Part shown: piece by piece, positions 1-10,640 of the stretch
Numbering within the stretch: position 1 is the stretch's first letter
Layout of the letters: the number at the start of each line of letters is the position of its first letter
Source: Podarcis erhardii
Taxonomy: Eukaryota
Length of the DNA: 64,000 bases
NCBI GenBank assembly: GCA_964252035.1
Contig: OZ176201.1
Reading direction: 5' to 3' (one strand)
Translations under genes and position numbers: made by a program
Notes under the pieces: generated by a model
The model's input: the letters and a program-made list of their open reading frames with translations, nothing else
Told to the model about the DNA's origin: nothing
The model's database searches: none

Positions 1-80
1 AAGTGTGCATGCACACGAAAGCTCATACCAAGAACTGACTTAGTTGGTCTTTAAGGTGCTACTGGAAGGAATTTGTTTTG
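1..80 (+). mobile_element. Penelope-like element terminal remnant carrying a minimal hammerhead motif (cut by window edge)
   Basis: aagtgtgcatgcacacgaaagctcatacc...ttagttggtctttaaggtgctactggaagga; the same unit occurs at 6904-6980 and 27783-27862 in reverse. Confidence 0.7.
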
Positions 81-639
81 TGATGTCACTTTAGCTGTTT
101 TGGTTAAAATGTGTGGTCAGAGTTGTTGACATAGGGAATTTCAGTCTGAGGTTGACAGAGTTGTGAGTGAAAGTCATGGGCTGATGATTGTTGCTTTTTC
201 CTCTTTGCTGCCACTACCAGTCAGGATTGTAGCTTTTGTTGTTGACTTGATGTGATGTCATATTCTATTTCTGTCACTGGCTGCATCTTAATTCATGGTG
301 TTGTCTACCTCTAGGGTGATGGGTTGTAAATAGATGGTAGGTCTTCTATTGTTCTGTCTGGACCACACATTACTCCTTCATCTAAGGCATAAGGGAGTGA
401 ATGGAGTCTTTTCTTGGATCCTCAAGTATGTTTAAACAAAACTGTCACAATGTTTTGGCAATGCTGCTTGGTCTAAAATAGAAGCTTGTAGAACATCTGA
501 TGCCAGATTCTTCTTTGGCCCCTTTAATCTTTTGGCATTGACACCTCCTCCATGCTGCATCTGAGTGTGTTGCACATGAAGGAGAGTGTTCAAAACCACC
601 ACCAGCACATTTTGGAACTATTTAGCATATACAATACAC

Positions 640-1160
640 ATGTAGATTCTGTTCAACATTCACATGAAACTGCTGACAGAGGTCATTTGTAGATTTTGGC
701 TGTGGAGTCATCAGTATGCAGATGACAGCCACCTGTCTCTCATTTTCATTTGCTCCTGTAAGATAGTTGAAAGGCTGAATCGCTGTCTGATATCTGTGAT
801 GGACTGGATAGGGTGCAATGAGGGGAAACATAATTCAGACAGAAGAGGTACTGTTGGTAGTTGGACCATGTGATATGAGATTGGTTTTGCAGCCTGTTAT
901 GAGTGGAAAGTGTGAAAGTGCAGGTGCTTAGTTTGGGGATGCTCCTTGATCTGGGTCCTGTTTCTGCAGGTGGTGAGGGGGTGCCTTTTCCTGGTATCAC
1001 CAGGTGCAACAGCTATCATCCTCCCTGACACAGGGGAATCTTGCCACAGTCATTCATCCTCCTCTAGTGACCTTCAGATGACAATGCTGTAACTGTTTAT
1101 GTGGGGCTGCCTTTCAAAAGTGTTTGGAAACCTCAATTAGTTGCTGCCAGAATGCAAGGC
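640..1160 (+). mobile_element. Degenerate L2/CR1-group LINE reverse transcriptase fragment
   Basis: Translates to ...SHQYADDSHL...LNRCLISVMDWI..., the YADD catalytic region. Confidence 0.75.
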
Positions 1161-4100
1161 ACTTTGAATCTGTAATGAATGTATATGAATGCTGATTCTA
1201 CATGATTTTCACTAGCTGCTGATTAGTTTTCATGTTCAGTTGCCTTGAACCCTCTTGTGAGGAACCCCAGGCTTTTGCCAGAGTTCGGCCTGCTCCAGAG
1301 AGGGTGCTCACCACACAACACCCTGCCTCTTCTTAGCCAGGCAGATAATAAATCAGAACTCCAGCTAACACTGCACAACTCTCTGGGTTCCTGAAGACCA
1401 GAAGGTCACTGCAGGGCTGGTCCCTTTGCATCAGCCAATCCACCCAATCTAACACACAGCAAGGCCATTACCTGGAATGCGCATCTGCCATCAGCTCTGT
1501 CTTCTTTTGGTTTTTTATTTATTTCAAGATCAGAGCACTTGGGAAATGTGAAGTGCTTCCGATCTCCTCTGATGTTTCCAAAATTGACAAGCCAATTGGA
1601 ACAGTTCATTTCAACAGTATAATGTAAGACAGTAGGGGGTCATTTTGTTGCTGCCATTGGCAAGGATTTCTAATCCTTAGTTTTTTAATAATCTACTATA
1701 AATCCCTTGGGGATCTGTTAGTAGAGTATCTCCAGCCCACCCCTGGCCTAGAGCATAAAAATACAGGGTAATGTCATGAATGATTGGTGGCTATTTAGCT
1801 TCCTGCATAGTTTTATTTGAATTAACTAATTAAGCAACTCTGCAGTAGGATTAGATTTCTCTGGATCTCTCAGTGATCCTTGTATTTCATGTTTATTAAA
1901 TCCTCATAAAGAAAGCATGCTAGTTAAATCAGGGTGGGTTTTGCCTACCCTGCTAAGCACTGAAAAATTTGTTTCTGTTTTTCAGAGATGTCCTTTCAAA
2001 CAAGGTGTTCTCTAGATTTGTGTCATCTTCTCCAGAACTGTTCACTGGATTTGCTTGCCTACCTTGCAGTGTCCAAATCCAGGTTTAAATGTGACTGTCT
2101 TTGAGCTTATATTAGCTTGGCAACCCTAAATGCCTAAGCAACAATAAACAAGTATGTTACTTGTCAACCACCTGGCATCCACCCACTGGGGAAGATGCAT
2201 AGAGTGCATCTGTCAGTGAAATTTTAGGCCTTAAGCATCTGCGACCTTAGAGCTAGGTTGGCTGGCCAATTTCATTTAAACAAGGATCGACTATGAGTTA
2301 TTGGTACTCCTGGCTGAAACATGGCAGACTTCCTATGTTGATCACTCCTGCAAGCTTAGTGTTAGCAGGACCAGTTGCTTCTCCAGGTCTCCTAAAGCCC
2401 ACCAAAGCCTTCCCATGCCAGTTATATAGAACAGATGTCAAAGGGACTTGTAGTTTGGGCAACACATGTTGTCTCTATTCCCAGGGATTCCCTTCCCTCA
2501 GTAACAGTCAGATGCATAGTTAAAACCAGTGCAGACTTGGAAAGGTTGGCAGCTAGGTAGAGGTGTTTATGAGAAATTCCTGCAAGATATGTGATGTACG
2601 CATTCAGTGAGATGAATTATGTTCCCAAGTGTAAATATGTTCAAGTGGTCTGGTCCTTTGCTTCCTAGGTCTTGGTACTGTTGATTTGAGAATATTGATT
2701 TCTCCCACTGTGCTTTAGGCTCTAGGACAACTTGAAAGATTAGTTCGCCTCTCTTGAAGACAAGGCATAAAGCAGCAGCAACCCCACTTCTCCGTGTGGC
2801 CTGGTTGATGCAAGGACTGCATATTGTTCTCATGGCAATTGTGCATCTAGTGTTGCAGGAGAAATGTGATTGGTACATGCATTGAATGGTTATCTCGTTA
2901 AATCACAGTGCAAGAAGGCATTGCTGCTTTTTCTCTCCCTCTCCCCACCCCCTTTCCTTTGTACCTTCCCTATCTTATGCTATGGCAAATTCACAACACT
3001 GTGGAATTGAATGCCACTTTGAAGCCTAAGTTGGGCTGGCACCCTCGGCTCTGCAATAGCTGATGGGCAAGCGCTAAACAATAGCTGGTGGGAGGTGCTG
3101 TTTGACTCACTGCTTGCCTGCTAATTTTGGTTCTTGGCCTGAATCTGCTGCAGTTTCCTATTGAGCGCAGCCGTGTTAGGGACATGACTGGCTATTCAAT
3201 CTATTCCCAGGGAAATTGATTAGGGTCACTGTGTTCTGGGCCTCTGGCAAAGCTACTTTGTCCTTCATCTTCTAGACCACTGGGGCATTGTGGTTGAAGG
3301 GTAGAAAACCAGTGTCTCTCTCCTGTAGGTGGGCCTCTTACAGAACCTGACAGACTGGTATTAAAGCAACCTGTAGCTGAGATAAAGGCTTCAGAATTAA
3401 AGAGAGATGAGTGCTCAACCTTTTTTCTCTGGGTGCTGTGTCGAATTATTCTGACTGCACCTGTACACTCATAATTATTACATAATTCTGTTTTGAAGGC
3501 ACTGAAGAATTCAGCAGAAATTTCGCTCGCTCCTTTCTGCTTTGATACTTTTTGTTCTTGCAATATGTCTCAAGGTACCTCCTCCAGTATCTAAAATGTC
3601 TTCATTCTGCACATATAACTTAGTGGAAGATGTTCCCAATGAGCTTCTTGCCTTAATTTTGTAATTTTGATGCTTTGCTTTAGGGTCTTATAAGCACGGC
3701 AATAGAGGGGCAGTCTGTTGTCATCCACTTTTGTCACCTACTTCCTAAAGCAACTTCCCTGGACTGCATTTGCTGCTGTCAGTAATTTTTGCCTGCCTAG
3801 TTGAGGACTTGAGCACTTAACATTGCCTGTCTTTGAACCTCATCTTTGAGGTAGTATTGCAAAAGGGCAAATTACAAACTCTTTGATCATCGTACCACCT
3901 ACCAACAAAACTTTTGTCTTTTTTGAATTGGGCTACATTTTATTGGTCCGTCAGGCAGCTGCTCACAACATCTACTACTTCACTGGAATAGATTTAAAAG
4001 GAGAAAAATAACTAGGTGTTTTCAGCATTTTGATGGCACCTGACTCCAAATTCCTGGATGATTTTCCTCAGCTATGCCATTTAGATGTTAAACAGCACGA

Positions 4101-5799
4101 GAAACAAGAAGGATCCTCCAACATCTTCTGGAATCAGCCAGTCAAGTGGAAAAAGAACTAGAAGAGAGTGGTATCTCTTATCACATGTCCGATAACAGAT
4201 CTAGAAGTATACCAAGAGAGATGGTATGAAGAGCCAGTGAGATGTCCAGGAGTATCAGTGGTTCCTGTTTTTAACCTGTAAGCCGCCTTGAGTCCTGTCA
4301 GGAAAAAGGGTGGGATATAATTAAGTATATTACTATAAAAATATATCATCAAAGCTACCCCACACCTCCCTCCTCTCTCACACACAAATTCTTTATGGTG
4401 ACCAAAGCAGCATTGGTAGCAAAACTTGGCCAGAAGAAAGATTTATTAGCTAGATTTGAGAAGCCACCACCCTCTCAAACCCCTTGCCTCTCCTCCTCAG
4501 TCCACACATCTCACCAGCCCTGCTTCACGCCTTCCTTAAGTGCTTTTGCTGGCTGGAATGCATCCTTGAACTGTGATGATCCCACTTCCTCGTTGGGATG
4601 GAGAGATGTGTACTTTTGCATGGTCAACTTCTGCATGATGTGGCTTCTGCATGGTCAGAATGCAACCTACTATACAAAGGAGGAAGGGCTGCATCTGTTG
4701 CTCCACCTACTTATTGCTTCTGGTCCTGCTTCCTCTCTGGAATACAGCTCTTGGAAAGCTGCTCAGGAGGGAACAAGACCCAGGTTCAAGTCACTGCTCA
4801 ACCATGAAGCTCAATGGGTTGTCCTGAGACAGTAGCTCTTCCTGCTTAACTTACCTTACAGGGTACTTAGGAGGATAAAAGCTGAGGGAGCAGGGAGAAC
4901 CATATATGCTACTCCCTGGCCTTCCTTGAAAAATGGAGTATAATTTAAAAGCAACTGTATGGCAGAAATATTTCAGCCATAAAGGTAGGAATATTATAGC
5001 GGGACTGGGTGGGAGGTAGGAATGGAATGGTCACTTATAACACTGCACCTATCCAGTGGCAGGTGCTGGTAGCATTTGCTCAGCCCCATTGCACACAGTA
5101 GTAATAGCACCAAAGACTCCTATGCATGGGAAGAATTGCTTTTCCCAGGCATAAATAGTAAGTGGCATCACTGGCAAAGTGCAGTAACTCTTGGAACAGA
5201 AGCGCAGCTTCTGAGAAAGGCATCTCAACTGCACATGACATGAGTTGCAACTGCATACTCGTTGCATAAAAAAAATATTGAAGGGCCCTAACAAGAGACT
5301 TGTGCTCTATGGGTTCTATTTTTTATTTTTTTAAAAATGAGCTGCATACAAGCAGATGATCATAGCCAGTGCTAAAGCAGTGAATGTGCTTTGTGGAGAC
5401 TCTGCCCCCTGCCACTGCCCACAAGCACAGAATGGGATCTGTGTGCATAGAACGCCAACTGGTGACTATTCTGGAAGTGAGCCAGGGACTGGCAGCTTGA
5501 ATGCCAGTGTTGAATGGTGTCATTGTTTCTTATTGATACACCTGCCCAAGAGCCATAGATTTTGGAAATGCAAGAGAATGAAATTCACGAGGAAAAAACA
5601 GTGTCCAATCTTAAGTGAGAAAGGGAGCAGTATTATGATAGAAAGGGTTTGGTGGCTGCTGAGAGGAGAGAATCAAGACAGCGAGAGCCACAGCAAAACT
5701 CCAGATTCCTCCACTGAGCATGTAAGCTTCCACGTTGGCTGCTCCCAGGACTGGACTGCACTAGCAAAAAAATTCCATATCAAGTAGAAGTACAAAAGC

Positions 5800-6200
5800 A
5801 CTTTTGCCATATTTTAAATGGAATACATAAACAGGGTTCCTACTTGTTCTCAACAAACTTCTCCTTCAGAAAGTTGAGGAAACAATGAGGGACATGCTAT
5901 TTTTAGATCAGAATCTGACTAATAGGAAGGAAATGTTTGAGTCTGTGAAAACAGTTGGCTATGTAAAAGAAAGTAACTATGAACTGCTGAAGTCCATGAT
6001 CCTGAAATAGGAAGAGGAAGGGCAGCAGAATAGCAATGAATGTTTAACAGCTGAAAGCTTCAAAAAGAGCATTAGCTTTTTGAAAAGTGTTGGCTGGAAA
6101 AATGTTTTGAAAGGAGAATCTATGATAGCAATCAAAGCCTGATGTTCTTTCCTAATATGATCAGGGCAGGAAATGGGACCTCCAAAACAAAGTTGAAAGG
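5800..6200 (+). mobile_element. Degenerate CR1 ORF2 fragment
   Basis: Frameshifted match to the recalled CR1 ORF2 motif QKVEEATRG-AILDLILTNREE (cagaaagttgaggaaacaatgaggg...attttagatcagaatctgactaatagg). Confidence 0.55.
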
Positions 6201-6903
6201 AAGTCAACCTTCCTTAATATCTGCCTCTGACCGATGGTGCAAATGGGGACATCTTGCATTGCTTCTATTCTCTGACCCTTAGAGAAAGGGAGTTCTGTTA
6301 TGAGATATGCAGCTGCCTGGAACACCTGTGTTCTCCATGATTGCAAGTCATCATTTGGTGTGGCATTCTTGGGGTCTTCTGGGAATCTCTTTTGTGCCAC
6401 CCCTAGGCATTTTGCTGCCTCAAGTAGAGCCCGAATTATGTCTACTAGGGTCAGCATTTTAAAATGTCTTTGCCACCTATTCAGGCACAGATTCTTGCCT
6501 TCATCCATCTCTTCATCACTGCCCCTTTGGTGCCACATACAGCAGAACTCTACCTTGTTACATGGTAGGCATGGTCATGATTCCCCCCCCCTTTTTTTGG
6601 AGATCATAAAATCTAAAAAAGATGGCATGTAGGGCTCAAACAATTTCAGACCAAATAGGTTTAAAAAATATGTAACTGTGCCTGCAGCACTAAAGGAAAC
6701 CATTACTCACCTTGGAACCTGTTGGTAATTGGCCTTCTAGGGTAGTCTGATCCATCAAGAAGTATACCATGCTGTTTTGCCTCCAACTGTAGTCCTTTGC
6801 ACTACTTTACAGGTGAAACATTTCCATGTGCGTCTGAAGGTTGGAAGGATGTTTGCCATGTCTGAAAGTGGGGTAGAAATATATTTAAAAAATAAATAAA
6901 TTG

Positions 6904-6980
6904 TCCAGTAGCACCTTAGAGACCAACTAAGTTTGTTCTTGGTATGAGCTTTCATGTGCATGCACACTTCTTCAGATACC
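6904..6980 (-). mobile_element. Penelope-like terminal remnant with complete minimal hammerhead motif
   Basis: Reverse complement of 6941-6980 = GGTAT CTGAAGA A GTGTGCATGCACAT GAAA GCTC ATACC. Confidence 0.7.
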
Positions 6981-8859
6981 TTGTGAGGTTGATGGATTTG
7001 CATTTCATGCGGCTTAATGTGGTGCCTTCCATGGTTTTAGATTCAGGTAAGTGTTGGTCTGATGCAGTAGAAATATATAAATTAAAAATTGTCCAGTTGG
7101 GTAGTCACCTTCCCATTGAACAGACTTCAGTAAGAAGTGCTCCTGAAATGAAGAAAACCAAGGACTGACGCCATCAGTTGTTTGACAGTATCTCCCTCCC
7201 TTCCAGTATTCTCGGAGCCTGCTGACCATCATTCCTTCAGACACATTCACAACCTGGCACTTTCAGACAGAGCCTCCCTCCCATATGCTGCCAGAAACCA
7301 TTGGATGCTCTTCACAGGGGCTATTACAAAATTCTGAGGCAGACTCAGCCAGCTGATGCCCGAAACGCAAAATCTGGGGGGGGGGGTGTTTGCTTTTGAT
7401 CCATTCTTGCTTATGAGACACTCTGAGAAGGTTGGGCTGATCTTTGAGCATCCTCTGTATGGAGGTTATCTTTAGCTCAGCTACCGAGCAGTCATTCCTT
7501 CTGAAATCACTGTACTGCTTTTCTCTTGAGAAATTAGTCCAGCTCTGACTTGAGGGAGCAATGTGAAGCCTTGGGCCTTCTGGCATTTCATTGTACTTGT
7601 GCTGGATAGGACTCCTTTTATCCCCTCAAATATATATATGTGTGTGTCTATGTTGTAGATTTCATTCTACTTCGTATTTCCATGTGAGTCCTGCTACTTA
7701 TCTCTAGCTACTTCTGTTGGGCCACCACCTCGAGAGAGTCCTGTGCTGGATAGCTGCATATGCTTAATCTTCTAGTAAATTGGCAATTGCGCTGTAGCTG
7801 TCATGCCTTATTATCTCACTGGTCATCACCTGCAGGCCATGTAAACAAGCCACTCTCCTCTCATCCCTTGGTATTTTCTTTTGGATTAGGAGCTGCTCTT
7901 GTATAGGTTACTTTAAGCCTGTGTTAACCTGTTTCTATTAATGAAAAGAGACACAGGGCTATCTGTTCTTGGCAAGCATGTGCTTGAACTTGCTTTCTGT
8001 TCTGGTGTTTGTTTGTTTTTAGGATCTGCTCTGGGGTGGCTGGGTTAAGAGGCGATTCCTTTTCAATCTTTGGGGCTTCCTCTCTTTTTCAGCAGCCGCA
8101 TGGCACTTCACTCACACACATCAAAGTAAAAACCTAACAAGTAATGAGGGTGAGTGAAGCAGGAGCTCAAGGTGGAACTGAGATCACTAATGGCAGAATG
8201 AAAATCTTACGGCTGGGCTGATAAAATGTTTTCATTCCGAGGGAACAAAAGAAAGGGTTTCTCTCGGTACCAGCTGGAGACCTGGGCTTTTACTTTCTCT
8301 GCTTCCTTGCCCCTCTTGAGGAATAGAAAAGAGATGTATAGGCACCACTTGAAAACAAGCAAAAACACAAGTTGCCTAATAATGCAGGCTGGTCTTGGCT
8401 TGGGTCAGTTTGCAGGGCATGGGGGGAGGATCTACGGCAGCCTTTTGTGATAGGCTTGTGAATGAGCTGCCTTTGGTGACTGGCAGTATCTTTCTCGCCA
8501 CCTCCTCCTCTCTTTCTCTTTGCATTGCCATCATGTGATCCCCTTCCCCCCTTCTCCCCGCCAGCATTGTTTCGTAACCAGCTGTTCCACTTACAGAACA
8601 GTTGTTTCTGGACTTCGGGGAAGTGTTACACTGGGGAGGGAATGGTTTGTACAGCATCTGCGATGACTCTCTCGACCTCATCTCTAGGCAGAGGCCACGT
8701 TGGCATGGTCTAGTTCAAGCCTTGCTGCTCCACTTGGAATCTCAGGAGCTCCGTGTATGGTGGATCTTCAAGGCGGAGCCTGCTGTGTCTGAATAAGCAG
8801 CAGGTGTTCCAGAGGAGCCTTTCCAGGTGCTATGGTAGATCACTCCTGCTGGCTATAAC

Positions 8860-9190
8860 GGTGGCCTACACTGATGCAGTCGAAGGAAAGGGAGAGAAGG
8901 CGAAACAGGCGTGCCCTGGAGCTGCGCTCAGCCCTTTGCTGGCTGGGGACTCTCTTTCGCTTCCAGGAGAAGTTGAGCTCCAGGCAGGGGCCGTGTTTGC
9001 TTTTGCCACCGGGGGCAAAGTCCCCCATGAGCCGTCGGGTCAGCCCTTCCCCGCCACCCGTTTTGACCTTTTAACTGTATGGTTGCAGCTACGGAAACAG
9101 CCGGGTCACCAGGTGGACCCTTGGGGTTGAGGGCCACCGAATGGATGGTAAGGAACCACGGGGTCCTGGGTGGGTGAACGGACTGCTGTC
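8860..9190 (+). promoter_or_regulatory. CpG-enriched patch, putative alternative PRKACA promoter
   Basis: About 15 CpG in 300 bp against a CpG-depleted background, immediately 5' of the candidate Met-Asp exon. Confidence 0.45.
9141..9147 (+). CDS. PRKACA: Candidate short alternative first coding exon of PRKACA (Met-Asp; Calpha2/CalphaS-like)
   Basis: gccaccga ATG GAT G|gtaagg: strong donor, phase 1 fits exon 2 (G|TG = Val), in-frame upstream TAA at 9072, locally CpG-enriched. Ends GATG|gt like the mammalian Calpha2 exon. Confidence 0.55.
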
Positions 9191-10445
9191 TGCTTTCTCC
9201 CTCGCTCCCTGTGTTTATTAGACAGCTGCTTCTTTCAAGGAATGTATGGTGAGAAAAGGGCTCTAAAGACAAAGACACACATGGATCTATCTGTGACGCT
9301 GAATGTGGCACAGTAAATTTTTGAGCAGATGGGTTTGTACTCACATGCAGCCCCTACAACAAATCAGCTCTGACTGTCATAGACATATGTAGAAACTATT
9401 TAAATGGTTAGCCTTGGGGGAGTTATTCCTGATGAATTATGTTTCTACTAACTCCAGAATTTATCCCCTTTTATTTCCAGTTAAAGAACCTTGAGCGTTG
9501 AACAAAAGATGCTCAGAGCTGCTGTTTTCTCTCTAAGGGTACCATTTTTGCTTTATGAATTTGCAGCACGTCGTAGTTTGAGCTGAGCTTTCTTGCTGCT
9601 ATTACCATCCTAATTGCTGTTTTAAATGCTTATATGAAGGAAGAATCTGCCAGTTTATTCTAAGTAGTAGATTCAAAGCCTCAAAAATCAAAGGTGTTGG
9701 CATCATAAAGAGTAAGGAGGGTCAATTAGGAGAAATCTAAGGATCAACATGCTCAAGAATGTCTCCTTGCTGACAAGCCATCTAAAGCACATTCTGATAA
9801 CTTTCACCCAGTCCATTGGGCATGATTGTATTTAAATAAAATGTCTAGCCCTCAAGGTTGTGATGAAGTATCAGAAATAGCTGTTTAGATTCTGCTAAAC
9901 ACTAAGGATATGGATGAGTCTTCTGCTGTCATGAAGCAGATTTTCTTGTTTCCTGGAATTCTAACATTTTATCAGTATTCCAAACTCATGGGAATGGCAA
10001 GGGTGAAGAAGGCTCATCATTTGTGGGGTAGGAGGAAAAGGTTAAACTTCCCTCTATATTTTTTTTTAACTGACTGGCTTCCTAATGGTGCATTTAAGTG
10101 TTACATCTAATTTGGCTTTCAGTGACAAATGGCAGGTGAAAACATTTTCCCCTGGAAACCTATGCCTGCTCACTTTGACCACTGGTCTTCTCTAGAGGCC
10201 TTTCTTTCTCCCCCTATTAATATCTGTTGTTACACCTTCTGACCTGGTCACTACAGTCTCAGTTATAGGGTGAGGGGCAGCCTATTGGTGAATAAACTGC
10301 ACCATGCTTTTTCTCAGAAACACTGTCCTGTCACTTATTAGGACCATGTTCACAGATGTCATGGCTGAGCCGAGATGTCATGAGACTTCCTGTTTCAGCC
10401 CCCAATAAAAAATCATTGTGATGTAGTGTTACTGTATTGAACTTT

Positions 10446-10640
10446 GACTGGGCAGATCCTGGGTTCTAATCCCCACTCAGCTATGAAACCCACTGGGTGC
10501 CCTTGGATCAGTGACTCTTGGCCTAATCTGCTCACAACTTATGTTAGTATAATTGGAGGAAGGGGGATAATAGAATTGTGTATGGTGCCCTGAGCTCCTT
10601 GGAAGAAGAGCGAGATATAAATGTAATAAGAAATAAAAAA
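10446..10640 (+). mobile_element. Squamate tRNA-related SINE
   Basis: gggttctaatccccactcagctatgaaacccactggg...ccctgagctccttggaagaagagcgagatataaatgtaataa with A-rich tail; related copies at about 16865-17045 (-) and 23670-23810 (-). Confidence 0.65.

Noticed and set aside
120-620. Possible old Penelope GIY-YIG remnant
   Set aside because: Only a short SILDQA-like hint on -; insufficient support
6200-6560. Minus-strand ORF loosely resembling an L1 ORF2 C-terminus
   Set aside because: Too degenerate to call without a profile search
7100-7590. Possible DIRS-like retroelement remnant
   Set aside because: Only a vague resemblance, with no clear catalytic motif
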